This document shows, one piece after another, positions 14,407 through 28,397 of a DNA stretch of 64,000 bases (its first letter is position 1; the number at the start of each line of letters is the position of its first letter). The notes beneath the pieces were generated by a model. It had not been told where the DNA came from. It was given only the letters and a program-made list of their open reading frames with translations, and did not search any database. A program made the translations under genes and the position numbers. Origin of the DNA: Okamejei kenojei (Eukaryota); NCBI GenBank assembly GCA_035221665.1, contig CM069165.1, positions 26,350,001 to 26,414,000 of the forward strand. The letters are read 5' to 3'.

Positions 14407-16024
14407 ATTGTTGCAGTTTTTAAGACTTTTGCAAGCATGTGGGTGCACTTGAAAAATGCTTAAACATTCTGTGCAGGGAAATATCATCTTATATTCCCTG
14501 GGGAAAATCAGTTGTTATCACTAATATAATTGTCATGTCTATTGCTGAGCTATACTCAACACTCCGAAAAGAAATACAAACCATAAGGATTGTTCAAATA
14601 ATCACAACTATAAATAAGGAAAATCAGCAGTAAATGGTAAGAGAATAAAGATAAAATTCATCTTTTACACATATGCACTGTTCAGATTCCAATATCCAAC
14701 ATGCACTATGCACTATCTTCTCATTACAAGTGGAGAAATCCCACTTTCCCAAATCCCAATTAATAAATTCTAGTGTCCATCTAGCGTTTACTGAAACTAA
14801 CCAACCAACAATCCCAGAAAGTGACACATTAAATACTCTATTGGGTCATTCCTAACTTGTGTAAAAATACTTAATGTTCTTTTCGTGAGCAAGAGTAACA
14901 GCTGCTGATTTCATGCTCCATCTCTGCACCTTGCCTAATTAGTTGTCAGTCTACTTCAATCTCATAAAAACATAAAATGTATACTTGAGTTGATAGAGTG
15001 CTCAGCTTCATCAACATTATGATGAGCTCTGTTGCAGACTGTGCAGTCTCTTTCACTGCACAACTTAGTAAAATGAGAGAGATAAAACACACAAAATGGT
15101 TCATCCCCCCCAGATGATATTAATGGTGATTATGTACTGGTATTTTCATATTTGCAAAGACTTTTCACAGTACCTCAGGAGGGGGGGAAGGGGGGGGGAA
15201 CAGAAAATGTTTCAGATTTATTATTAAAATCTGAATTGGTAGTAAAAAGAAATGAAACATATTTAAAGTTATTGCGGTGAAGAAGGGTGAGAGAGCACAG
15301 GGAATATCTGTATGGTGGTGGTGCCAGGTGAAAGTGGGTGATAAAAGGGTGGTACATGTTATGGAAGCATTTCCCCACCATCTTTGTCTCTGTCTATCGC
15401 TAAACGTTCCCATCAGCTAATATTAACTCTGCTTCTCTTCATGGATGCAGGCAAACTTGTTAAGCATTCCTACTATATTTTTATTTAAACACTTAAAAGT
15501 TAGTGCTCCAATTGAGTTTGTGCTCCAGTTCTTAAGGAATTGTTCGACAATATCATCTTACAAATAAATGGCTGCAACTTAAAATATAAATTAATTAATA
15601 GAGTTTTCCCATATGTGCTTCAATAAAGTATATCAAAGATGTATCTTGCCCTCTGCAAAATACCATTAATTTCTCAGCCACATACAGAACACCTTTCATG
15701 GATGCGGCAACACAAATTACAAAAAGCAATCAAAGTTCAAATTAAAATGGGTGAGATTCGCTTACATAGCTGCATCTCTGGGATATCTTGTGAATTTATT
15801 TTTCTTGGCACTTTCAGATTGCTAATTAACCTTACCAGCTGCAATGTTAATGGACTGATGTTGTCAGAGTGACGAAGTGTGCGCTATGTAAGTGTCCATC
15901 TCAATTCAATTTATTGGCATATATCGTATTCCATGCTTGCGTTTGAGTTTCATATTGGCAATAGTGTCCATCTCTTTCTAAAGAAGTGTTGGTATAATGA
16001 TATACTTTGCTTGCAACATGTCAC

Positions 16025-16152
16025 NNNNNNNNNNNNNNNNNNNNNNNNNNNNNNNNNNNNNNNNNNNNNNNNNNNNNNNNNNNNNNNNNNNNNNNNNNNN
16101 NNNNNNNNNNNNNNNNNNNNNNNNNNNNNNNNNNNNNNNNNNNNNNNNNNNN
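16025..16152. other. Assembly gap (128 N)
   Basis: Run of n. Confidence 1.
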
Positions 16153-17518
16153 ATTATATTGTTTTGTTGAGCTGCTGCAAGTAAGAATTTAATTGTTCCA
16201 TCGGGAACATATGACAATAAAACCCTCTTGACTCCATTTCAAAAATGATTTTTATACTTGAGGTGCAAGTTTGCAGTTCCCTGAAAATGGCAACACATGT
16301 AGATGGGTAGCAGATTTTCTTTTATTTTTGCACCCATAAAGAATGATATTTTCAGCGAAGATTCTTAAGAGTTAACGACAAAGTTTGAACATCAAGGATC
16401 TATCTCATGGGACAAAATCTTGCTTCACCACATTCAAGATAAGAGTGCTGCCACAATTTTAATTTGTGGAAATCGGTTACAAAACATATTTCTATAACTT
16501 CCCTTGAAAATGTAAATACAAGACTTGAGGCAAAAATGGAAAAATACTTCGCACTGGACTACATTACCCTAGATTGGAAGTTAGAAACCTGAAATGGCAC
16601 CTCTACTTTCTTTCTCTTCATTGTTGCAGTCTGACCTGCTGAGTATTTTAATATTTTCAATGATTCATTTAAATAGGTCAATTCTCCCATGGGTAGCTTG
16701 CTTGAAACGTTGAAAAGAAAACAGTGTTAAAAAAAACCCATGATTTTCAGAAGCCACTTTGGCGAGTCTGGGAGAGAACTATCATTCATCAGACGTCAGT
16801 CATTAGGCTCAAAAGTATCATGGTCTGTAAAAAGATGGTGCCCTGGATTGGCATTCAAATGAAAAAGTTACGAGTGAATTTTTCAGAGAGACAATTTACA
16901 AAGATTTTTGTTTGATAACAACTCAATATTAGCTTGTGTGTATATTTGTAAACCATAATTTGTTTCTCCAAATGGAGTTGGAAGAAGCATCTTCTTCTCC
17001 ACTTGAAAAATACAAACGAAAGGTCACTTCTGATTGTAGTGTTAGATTAAAAAAAGACTTCCCACTATTGCAAACATTGCTTTTGATTGTACAAACCTTC
17101 AGGCGGACAGTAACTTAAAGTAATTCAAAGAAAATATTTTTATTTTAGCCAGTGCAGATTAATAGAGATGCTGGGTGTTGTCACAGGGCATCACTCAGAA
17201 TAAACATTACAGAAGTGAGATTCAGCCAAAGAAAAAGTAGACTGCAGGCAATGATGATATAATGCACATTACTCAGATTCGGTTAGTCATTTAAAAAATA
17301 ATATTTTGAGGATAGTTTTCCATGCTCTCAATTTTCTGTGGATAAGAACAGGATAAAACAATTTGGAAAGTTTGACAAAATTATTTTAAAATGTTGTGTT
17401 CTGTATGCTGTTCGTAATAATATCTACCTGTAAAAATAATACCATATTTGAGAGTATGTTAATGTGAAAGCCAAAGATGTTGATTAGATGCATCAAAAAA
17501 ATGTATTTAGCTTATATA

Positions 17519-17795
17519 GGGTGGCATGGTAGTGCAGCAGGAGTGTTGCTGCCTTACAGCATCAGACACCCAAGTTTGATCCTGACTATGGGTGCTGTCT
17601 GTGTAAAATTTGTACGTTCCCCCGTGACTGTGTGGGTTTTCTCTGGTTTTCCCCACACAATCCAAAGACGTATAGAGGTCTATAGGTTAATTGGCTTGGT
17701 ATAATTGTAAATTGTCCCTAGTGTGTGGGGATCGCAGGTCGACGCGGACTCGGTGGGCCGAACGGCTGTTTCAACGTTGTATCTCTAAACTGAAC
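17519..17795 (+). mobile_element. HE1-type tRNA-derived V-SINE
   Basis: tRNA-like head (gtggcatggtag..gtttgatcc), central V-domain (gggtgctgtctgtgt..gggtttt..aggttaattggc), CR1-derived tail (gtgggccgaa..tatctctaaact). Confidence 0.85.
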
Positions 17796-18193
17796 ATAAC
17801 CCAAGTGTTTTGTGTACTATTAGAGCGGTAACTATTTGTCTATGGAACTGCTGCCCTCTCTTCACAGCCAACTGAGAAACGGCAGCAAATGCCACACTGT
17901 GATCCCAATTTATGCAGCTCTATTGGAAAGCAAAATCCAAATATAGGCTCTTTACATTTCATGGCGCAAAGCAGCTTCAGAAATACTTGACATCACATAC
18001 CAGTTGATTATAAATGAATCAGTAGGGAAGTGAAATTTAAATTTAGGGTAAAGACAGTGTAAGGGAAAATGGGTGCCGAGACAAATAGGAATACAGAAGT
18101 GCACCACAGGAGTAGAATTAATTAGAGGGTAGCATGGAAGAGCAAGAGTCCTTATAGACAAAACCGGGAATTAGTACATGGACGTTTTTACGG

Positions 18194-18475
18194 TAGTTTA
18201 GTTTAGAGTTCCTGCATGGAAATAGGTGCTTCGGCCTACTGATTCTGCACTGACCAACTAGTCCTATGTTATCCCACTTTCACATCCTCAACACTAGGGA
18301 CAATTTACAGAAGCCAATTAACCTACAAACCTGCACATCCCTGAGATGTTGGAGCAAACTGGAGCACCTGGAGAATACCCATGTACAAACTCCATACAGA
18401 CAGCACCCATTTTCAGGATCAAACCCGAGTCTCTGGCATTGGAAGACAGCAACACTACTGCTGCGCCACTGTGGG
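18194..18475 (-). mobile_element. HE1-type V-SINE
   Basis: Reverse complement of the head, V-domain and tail seen at 17519. Confidence 0.8.
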
Positions 18476-18609
18476 TGAATGAGTACTTTGCATCCATCTT
18501 CATCCAAAAGAGGGAGCTTCTGAAGTGAAGGAGATAGTTGAGACAGGGTTAAAAAATTGAGCATTTATACTGATGAAGTTGGCTAAGTTACGTCAATAGG
18601 ATAAGAAGG

Positions 18610-19262
18610 GATGGAATGCATGTAGAACTTTAAGGGAAGAATGGAGGAAATCATTGGGCACTGATTATAATCTTCCATGGAAAAGGAGTGGTACCAGAGG
18701 GCTGGAGAATACAAATGTAACTCTCTTGCTGAAAAAAGGCCAGTAACTACAATTTAACTTTGATAGTGAGAAAGCATTTAGATGCATCAGTCTGGGGCAG
18801 AATTAAGGAGGAAAATAATTAACAGCAAAGTTTTGTTAAGCACAAATGTTATTTTATCAATTTATTAGAATTTTTGATGAAGCAATAAAGTTGAAGAGGT
18901 CAATACAATTGATGTTGTATATATAGAATACCAGAATGCTTTTGACAACGTGCCATATAACAGGCTTATTAGCAAAGTTGAAGCGCGTGGCATTAAAAGG
19001 AACATTGAGTGCATGAAAGTGAGCTTAGCTTAAGTAACTGGTTACAGAGGATGATGGTGAATGGGTGTTGTTTTATGGACCCTGGGTAAGATAAACTGGT
19101 GCTCCCCAAGGATAGCTTTTTCTGATGTACATTAAGTGACCTAGATTTGGGAGTGCATGCCACAATTTCTACATTTTCTGAAGACACAAAACTTGGTAGT
19201 ATTGTGAACTGCAAATAGGACAGTTATATATTGCAGCAAGATATAAACAGGCAAGTGGAATA
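18610..19262 (+). mobile_element. Old CR1 RT fragment
   Basis: Degenerate version of the RT segment at 26.9-27.5 kb (DVVY..QNAFDNVP, FSEDTKLG). Confidence 0.75.
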
Positions 19263-21717
19263 AGCACAAAAGACACAAAGCGCTGGAGTAACTCGTAGGT
19301 CAGGAGACATCTCTGCAGAATGTTTTGAGTTGGGAACCTTCGTCAGACTGATTGGGATGATGGAGGGGAAGGAAGCTGGAAAGGAGTCTCCTTCAATATT
19401 ACATTAGCAGCTCCTTATTTTGGAATGGGAGGGACCTGTCGGGCCATGGCTCGGCAACAGGACAAGTCATTTCGCCTTGGAACCGGTAAGATTTGGTTTC
19501 AGAAACAGGACAGCTATGTGTACGTATTTTAAATTTGATTTGAATTTTTATTAAAACTGAAACGAATAGCCTGGTTTCTTGCATAAAATGTTATTGCAAA
19601 CTAATTTCAACTCACCGGAAAAACATGAAATACCTTGCCAGGAAACTTTATTCAGATGCAGTAAAATACGTGGCCATCCCCTCATTGTCAAGATACTTAG
19701 AGGTAGGGGAAAAAAAACCTGGAGGAAAGGTTATCTTGAATCTAGTGTTCACGGCTAATTAGAGTTGTATTAAAAATTACATTCGGCTTACCCGATAAAA
19801 TTTAATTAAATGCATGGTTATTTAATTTAATAGCAAGTTTGTAAACCCATTAATATTGCTCTTTTCAATTTGCAAATTAAATCCGTTTTTGAACTAATTT
19901 CACACAGCAGATATTTGATAGAAATCTTAAAGTATTTGATTATAGAGTAATATCTGAAACTCCTTCCTGGCAAGTGGTTTTCTAACTACTTCCCCCTGCA
20001 GCAAGGAAAGACATTTCTGCAGTATTAAAAACTATAGTACTCATTAAAAACTAGATGCAAGTTAAAAATGGCATTAATTTATTGTAATTCCATATAACCT
20101 TTAAAATAGTAAAATATCATTAACTTTGAGAATGAGGTAAATACTGAGATAACACTTCACCTTCCTGATTATTGTATATAGAGGTACACCTAAACTTTTA
20201 CATTGTCAACTGTTCTACAGCAGTTAAGAGAACATGATAGTGCCTGCAGGGATGAGCTGTACAAAACTGTACATCTTGTGACTAGCTGCATGTCGACACT
20301 GCTTTTCCCTTAAATGGATCACGACTAGGATTATACCTTCAATTCGTCATTTTGGTTTTCAGTTTACAATCGATAAAGTAGGAATGTGAAGCCCTTGGGT
20401 GCAAGATAGTAGGGAGGATAAACCTTGAAGCAATTGTACATTTTGATCATAATATAGAATAAATTGACGATCAACTAATTAAAAGAAAATAAAATAATTT
20501 AAGGAGACAAAACAGAGGAATATGTTGAGAAGATGAGACAGAGAGCAGAAGAGGCTCAAACGAAGCCCAACCGAGACAGGTGGCGGTTAACCAAATAATT
20601 AAATAATAAGAGAATTACACTGAAATTCCATTCTAATTTCAGGTGCACCTTGCCGATGAATGCAACAATGCACACACAAGCAAGCAGCAAAATCCTTTAA
20701 GCTTGCATCAACTTAAAAATGTTCTATCTATAATCCAATTACTTCCCCAACAGCTTGAAGATGTTTCTTTTAAAAAAAATAATACACTTAGGAAATTAAA
20801 TAACCATCTTAAATTTATACTTGGTGTAAAATGATAATAGACCATCTGCCTTAATGGGAATTTTGACAATTTTAATAGTAGGCAATGGAGATCAGTTTCT
20901 CTAGGGTTTGTGTACCTTCTGTTGCCTGACCTCCCCTTGCATTGAATCTCGATACAAAACACAGCAGAATCTTGATAAATGATAAGTGAAGTGGAAATTA
21001 ACTATTCGTGAAGTAGAAAGAGAATGGTAATTGGATTCCGCACTAAGTTCTAAAGCAATATGCAAGCAAAGTTATGCTTGCCACAAAAACACAGCAGCTA
21101 CTGGAAGCATCACTAAAACTGAACTGCAGTACAAAAATTTATATTTACATCAGAAGTGCACAGTAAATCTCACACCAAGTACAATGTTGGTTTACGTTCT
21201 TTCACATGACCGAGTAGAAGAAATGGAAGTGGGCGTAGGCCATACAGCCCATCAAACCGTTAGATCTTTTATATTAGGACTACTTTTGTGCACCAGCTTT
21301 ATTTCTCTTGATTTCCTTGTTTCCAGAAATCACAAGATCAAAGTTATTTTATAGAAACATATCCAAATTACCCAATAATGTGAATTAACATAACACAGCA
21401 AAATAAGCACTGTGAACTAAATATAAGGAGTATAACACCTTGTTAGCTGGTCCTTGACATACTGGTCTTTTATCCATTATCAGAAGAGTCAATTGAAAAA
21501 AAAGTTTCATTGTTCCTTTCACGATGTGACAATATTACACACAAACCTAAAATACATTCCTTGGTCAAGATAAGAAAGAAGCAGTAGCCAAAACGCTTCA
21601 GAACTCCTGCATTTCAATATATTATCAACATAATTTCATCTTGCGGATCTAACACTAGTAACTCACTGCCTATACATGTCATCTCAAAAGACAAGCTGAT
21701 GTGTTGGTCTGGTGAGA

Positions 21718-21719
<2 letters not shown>

Positions 21720-21776
<57 letters not shown>
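21720..21776. repeat. G57 homopolymer
   Basis: Read directly; true length uncertain in an assembly. Confidence 0.9.
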
Positions 21777-21777
<1 letters not shown>

Positions 21778-22236
21778 GGGTCAATAATCCTGCCCATTTC
21801 TTCTCTTCATGAGCTGAAGATTTCTTAAAGAGCAATTTTAAATTTGCTTTATATTTTGAATTTTTGGAAAAGTAATTAAGAGCTTCTTTGTAGCGAGAAG
21901 ATTAAAGCCACTAAAATGTAACTGATTTTCATTACAGACATCTTAACATCAACTGACATTACCAACTAATTTATTAAAATAAAGTGATTGTAGGTTAGCC
22001 AATGCCATGCCAAAAGGTAAATCGTTACAATAATTTTAAAACAAGTTGGAAAAAAACTTGTAACATTCTCCTTCACAACACACGATCTATGTTGCAATTT
22101 TTCAACAGCAGCAGCATTAAGGGCAAGTCACCGAAATAAATTGCGTAAGTGGGACAGACCCTCTATGCCAATAGTCGATTTGAAAAGTACATAGCCCAGT
22201 TTCATATCCTTACAAGCTCATCAGTATTTGTCTTAC

Positions 22237-22311
22237 CTCAGTGCAAAGGTAATTCAGGGTAGTGAAGTCCCATTTCTTTGCATATCCTGCATTGTACTTC
22301 AGTATTGCGTC
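22237..22311 (-). CDS. PARG: PARG coding exon, equivalent to human exon 7 (DAILKYNAGYAKKWDFTTLNYLCTE)
   Basis: 75 bp, ttttcag and gtaaga sites; matches human DAILKYNVAYSKKWDFTAL. Confidence 0.95.
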
Positions 22312-22454
22312 CTGAAAAATAAAATCCAAGCAGTAATTATTTAACTGGTTTCATTTGAAGAATACACTCACTACTTGGAGAGTTCGGTGCCAAACATCCT
22401 AAGAAAAGTATTAAGGACAGGAAGTTACTTAAATTCCGTAATGTCAGAAAGGAC

Positions 22455-23850
22455 TTGAGTGACTCCTCCCATTTCCTCCAAATCCAAGGCATAGCTATGG
22501 GCACGCTCATGGGCCCCAGCTATGCCTGCCTCTTTGTAGGGTACGTCGAACAATCCTTGTTCGAGGCGTACCGTGGCACTGTCTCCGAACTCTACCTCCG
22601 CTACATCGACGACTGCATTGGTGTTATCCCCTGCACCCATGCAGAACTCACTGACTTCATCAATTTCACCACAAACTTCCATCCGGCACTCAAATTCACC
22701 TGGACGATTTCCGACATCTCCCTACCATTTCTAGACCTCACTATCTCCATCGCAGGCAACAGACTTCTGACTGACATCCACTATAAACCCACTGACTCCC
22801 ATGGTTATCTGGGTTATACTTCTTCCCACCCTGCCTTATGTAAGAAATCTATTCCCTACTCCCAATTTCTACGTCTATGCCGGATCTGCACCCAGGATCA
22901 GGTGTTCCAAACCAGGGCATCGGAGATGTCCTCATTCTTCAGGAAACAGGGGTTCCCCTCTTCGACTATAGATGAGGCTCTCACCAGGGTCTCTTCTATA
23001 CCCCGTAACTTTGCTCTCACTCCCCATCCCCCCCACTCATAACAAGGGCAGAGTCCTCCTTGTCCTCACCTTCCACCCTACTAGCTGTCACATAAAAGTG
23101 ATAATCCTCCGACATTTTCACCACCTCCAACGGGATCCCACCACTGACCACATCTTCCCATCTCCTCCCCTTTCGGCTTTACGCAGAGACCGCTCCCTCC
23201 GTAACTCCCTGGTCAATTCTTCCCTTCCCACCCAAACCACCCCCTCCCCTGGTACTTTCCCTTGCAACCGCAGGAAATGCTACACTTATCGGTTTACCTC
23301 GCCCCTTGTCTCCATCCAAGGACCTAAGCAGTCTTTCCAGGTGCGGCAGAGGTTCACGTGCACCTCCCCCAACCTCATCTATTGCATCTGCTGCTCTAGG
23401 TGTCAGCTGTTCTATATCGGTGAGACCAAGCATAGGTTTGGCGATCGCTTCGCCCAACACCTCCGCTCAGTTCGCAATAACCAACCTGATCTCCCGATGG
23501 CTCAGCACTTCAACCCCTCCCATTCCGAATCCAATCTTTCTGTCCTGTGCCTCCTCTATGGCCAGAGTGAGTCACACCGTAAATTGGCAGAGCAGCACCT
23601 CATATTTCGCTTGGGTAGTTTAATTGACCTCCAATTTCAGGTAGTCCTTGCTCTCTCCCTCTTTCCCCTCCCCTTCCCAGCTCTCCCACAGCCCACTGTC
23701 TCCGCCTCTTCCTTTCTTCTGCCCGCCCCCCCCCCCCCCACCATCCCCTCATCAGTCTGAGGAATGGTCTGGTCCCGAAACATCACCCATTCCTTCGCTC
23801 CATTGATGCTGCCTCACCCGCTGAGTTTCTCCAGCATTTCTGTCTACCCA
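22455..23850 (+). mobile_element. 5'-truncated Penelope-like element: RT C-terminal half, GIY-YIG endonuclease and pseudo-LTR tail
   Basis: GIAMGTLMGPSYA and YLRYIDD RT motifs; NLIYCICCSRCQLFYIGET..GDRFAQH GIY-YIG motif; one frameshift near 23030. Confidence 0.95.
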
Positions 23851-24350
23851 TCTCCAGAAGAAGTGCCTTGGGATAAGAACAAAGAAAATGCTGCAAAACC
23901 TCTCACTAATAAATCCTCTGGATTTAGAAAACATTCCTTTAAATTAGAAAACTGCGCATATCATTTTATCAATTCATGAAGAGAATTAAAAAATGTCCCT
24001 ATTTTCGCTTGAGGTGAGCCAACTTCAAGACCCATTACAATTTTTCGTGAAGGCCCTCCCACAGCAAGGGAAAGAATTCCACGATTTCGACCCAGCATGA
24101 TAGCAGTGCTACAGACCATAGATTCAGGAAGTGGAGAAAATAGGTTTTCGGAAGTGCAGTGATAATACCCAATGAGGTCACGGTCTACTGGTGGTGTGGC
24201 AGAGTGTATTTAGGGTACAAGGAATATAATTCAAGTAACCTACTTTGCCTGAATACTGTCACACTTCCAGTATTATTGAAGCTGCACTCATAAAGGCAAG
24301 TGGAGAACTTTCCTTAACATTCTTGAATTATGCATTGTAAATTGTGAAGA

Positions 24351-24620
24351 GGGTGGCATGGAGGCACAGCTGGTAGAGCTACTGCCTCACAGCGCCAGAC
24401 ACCCATGTTCGATCCTGAACTCAGGTGCTGTCTGTATGGATCTTGCACTTTCTCCCTGTGACTGCATGTGCTTCCTCTAGTTGCTCCAGTTTCCTCCAAC
24501 ATCTTAAAAATGTGCAGGGTTGTAGGTTAATTGGCCTCAGTAAAGTTCCTCCAGTGTGTAGGGAACTGATGAGAAAGTGGGATAACATAACTAGTGTGAA
24601 CGGGTCGTGGATGGTCTCAT
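24351..24620 (+). mobile_element. HE1-type V-SINE
   Basis: A and B boxes (ggcacagctggtagag, gttcgatcc) followed by the V-domain. Confidence 0.85.
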
Positions 24621-25085
24621 GGAAGAAAGACTTTTGAGTGCCAAGGACCAAATCATCTGTTGTATCCAACATCCAAGTTTCCCTTGTATGTAAAGTATTT
24701 ATAAGACTGGTTTAGCCAAGTTTCTGCACGGCTGGTCTTTAAATGTGAGCAGTTCTGTATATCATATCTTAGGGAGAATAGGGGAATAAATCGGCTTAGG
24801 AGAAAACACATTGCCAATTCACTAGTACAGCACATGGAAAAGTCTAAGGAAGCACTTTGATTTTTTTTTTGTGAACCAGCATCAGCAGTTCCTCGTTTCA
24901 ACATACTGACTGACAGTGTTGTGCATAAAAGTCCGAAGCTAATAACCAGGTAGATTAGAGTTGTTGCAATATTTACTGAACTAAGGTGATCAAAAGAATG
25001 ACTACAATTATATTTCACACAAATTAAGTGAAATCCCTCTCAAGCCCTGTAATACATTGTAGCACAATCTAATTTCACACTGCAC

Positions 25086-25169
25086 CTTTACATCCAGCGA
25101 GTTATCAAACTTTCTCGACAATGCCATTTGAATCAAGTCCCATCGACTGCTTACATTCTTGCTTCCATC
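25086..25169 (-). CDS. PARG: PARG coding exon, equivalent to human exon 6 (DGSKNVSSRWDLIQMALSRKFDNSLDVK)
   Basis: 84 bp, cttcag and gtgcag sites; matches human SRWELIQTAL. Confidence 0.95.
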
Positions 25170-26278
25170 CTGAAGAAAAAAGGGATTGACAATGTAAGAT
25201 GGCAGCTGGTCAGAGGCAATGTAGAAGAATTTACAAAACATTATCAAATGAGAAACATTATTCAAATGTTTATATGTAGGAAGGAACTGCAGATAGATGC
25301 TGGTTTAAACCGGATAGACTCAAAAAGCTGGAGTAACTCAGCGGGTCAGACAGCTTCTCTGGAGAAAAGGAATAGGTAATGTTTTGGGACTCGAGCCGAA
25401 ATGTCATCTATTCAAAAGTTCGTCCTTTAAATCTCAAGATTTACTTGGAAACCAATTAAGTTTCTGAAAAAGTGTAATCTTTCCAATTGTAAAAGTGAGC
25501 TGTGTCATCGTTAAAATATTGCCCTTCACTCAAATACAAAGCATGTGAAAATGTCCCCATTTCTAAAAAGCTATATTAATGAGCCCACAAAATTATTTCT
25601 AAGTTCCTCCAGCAATTTATTTTTGCCAATTTTGATACTAGTCTTAAAGAGACACCTGGTGACAAAAGTTAAAAACTGCAATTGCAAAAAACAGACGCAA
25701 TAGAAAATGTTGATTTGTTTTCTATTCATGCATTTAAGTGCAAGTTAACCAACTAATTTTTAAAATAATCTTTCAAAGTTGCTACCCTATGAGATATCCA
25801 TCATTCCAAAGCCAAATACTGAAAATCTAGAAATAAAAATAGAAAAAGATAGAACTATCAAAATAAGTCAGACCGTGTTTGTGGAGAACGAAACCGTACA
25901 CAATCCAGGTCCTTATTCAATTAAGAAATGTAAGCAAACTGGTTCTAATTGATCTGGCTTTTCACTATAATTGCTTTGGCTTTTAAGTACATTTCAAAAG
26001 CTGAATCAAAGTGATACATATTATTTCAAATTAAGTTTAGGCCTGGAGAGAAATCGAATGAACAGCACATTGCCACTTGTTGCATTTGAAAGATCTGTGA
26101 TACTAGTTAATCAATTGTTGATATTTGCAAGTACCAATGAAGGCTCAGAAAAACGATTACATTCTGGATTGTTGTTCCAACTGCACTGTATTTCAGTCGT
26201 ACATCTATTCCAAGATATTGCAACTACATTCTATGGTTAAGCCTTACCATGCTTTATACATTCAAACTTGCTAACTAA

Positions 26279-26556
26279 AGGGCCTGTCCCACTTACCCGA
26301 TTTTATCGACGACTTGCCGGCACCCGTCATCGTCGCAGCAGGTTCGCGAAAATGTTCAAAATGTTGAAAATCCAAAAAGGCTTGACTCTTTGGGCGACTA
26401 CTCACCACCAAACAGGCGTTACCCCGGTGAGTAGTCGCCCAAAGAGTCATGCCTTTTTCTGGTCGCTGTTGGATTTTCAACATTTTGAAGATTTTCGTCG
26501 ACCTGCTGCGACTGTGACGGGCAAGTCGCCGAAATAAAATCAGCGGGACAGGCCCT
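26279..26556. mobile_element. PIF/Harbinger-type fold-back MITE
   Basis: Termini AGGGCCTGTCCC...GGGACAGGCCCT, flanks TAA and TAG; the whole element is an imperfect inverted repeat. Confidence 0.85.
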
Positions 26557-27508
26557 TAGATATGTGAAGAGAAAGAGGTTAGTTAAAACAAATGTAGGTC
26601 CCTTGCAGTCAGAAACAGGTGAGTTGATCATGGGGAACAAGGATATGGCGGACCAATTGAATAACTACTTTGGTTCCGTCTTCACTAAGGAAGACATAAA
26701 TAATCTGCCTGAAATAGCAGGGGACTGTGGGTCAAAGGAGGAATTGAGTGAAATCCAGGTCAGTCGGGAAGTGGTGTTGGGTAAATTGAATAGATTAAAG
26801 GCCGATAAATCCCCAGGGCCAGATAGGCTGCATCCCAGAGTGCTTAAGGAAGTAGCTCAGGAAATAGTGGATGCATTAGTGATAATCTTTCAAAACTCTT
26901 TAGATTCTGGAGTAGTTCCTGAGGATTGGCGGGTAGCAAATGTAACCCCTCTTTTTAAGAAGGGAGGGAGAGAGAAAACGGGGAATTACAGACCAGTTAG
27001 TCTAACATCGGTAGTGGGGAAACTGCTAGAGTCAGTTATTAAAGATGGGATAGCAGCACATTTGGAAAGTGGTGAAATCATTGGACAAAGTCAGCATGGA
27101 TTTACAAAAGGTAAATCATGTCTGACGAATCTTGTGGAATTTTTCGAGGATGTAACTAGTAGCGTGGATAAGGGAGAACCAGTGGATGTGGTATATCTGG
27201 ACTTCCAGAAGGCTTTCGACAAGGTCCCACATAAGAGATTAGTATACAAACTTAAAGCATACGGTATTAGGGGTTTCAGTATTGATGTGGATAGAGAACT
27301 GGCTGGCAAACAGGAAGCAAAGAGTAGGAGTAAACGGGTCCTTTTCACAATGGCAGGCAGTAACTAGTGGGGTACCGCAGGGCTCAGTGCTGGGACCCCA
27401 GCTATTTACAATATATATTAATGATCTGGATGAGGGAATTGAAGGCAATATCTCCAAGTTTGCGGATGACACTAAGCTGGGGGGCAGTGTTTCTATGTTT
27501 CTATGTTT
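26557..27508 (+). mobile_element. Young CR1/HER1 LINE RT fragment
   Basis: [60 protein letters not shown]; one frameshift near 27270; ends in (ttctatgt)2. Confidence 0.97.
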
Positions 27509-27606
27509 AACTGGTTACCATTTCAGGAAGCTGATACTACACATGATTAAAAACATGTAAACATGTGAAAATTGGCCACAAATGAATTCAATAACCAACA
27601 ATACTA

Positions 27607-27882
<276 letters not shown>

Positions 27883-28155
27883 TTATTTTTTCTGTCTTTA
27901 AATATTAGGAGGCAGCACACTTAAGCAATTTAGAAACAGGCTTTAAAAAAATAGGGAAAAGGTGCCATGACAGTTTCTAATTTATGGATTATAATTTGCT
28001 ATGAAGTATTTTCAGCTTGTAGGTGTTTAAATTCACAATTAAATTTAGAAAATAAGGTTAATTTTGTTAGATTTATACAATCTATTTAGAAATGAGTGCC
28101 ATTCATCTTTTTTTTAGGATTTCATCCCAAAACATCTTAAAATGTGGCTGATGAG

Positions 28156-28182
28156 ATTATTATTATTATTATTATTATTATT
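28156..28182. repeat. (ATT)9 microsatellite
   Basis: Read directly. Confidence 0.9.
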
Positions 28183-28211
28183 AAAATTGTATTTTGCTTG
28201 GATAAAGACTA

Positions 28212-28397
<186 letters not shown>

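Noticed and set aside
17519-17590. tRNA genes at SINE heads (also 24351, 44445, 62455)
   Set aside because: A/B boxes run into the V-domain with no complete cloverleaf.
21614-21835. Poly-proline ORF
   Set aside because: Translation of the G57 homopolymer.
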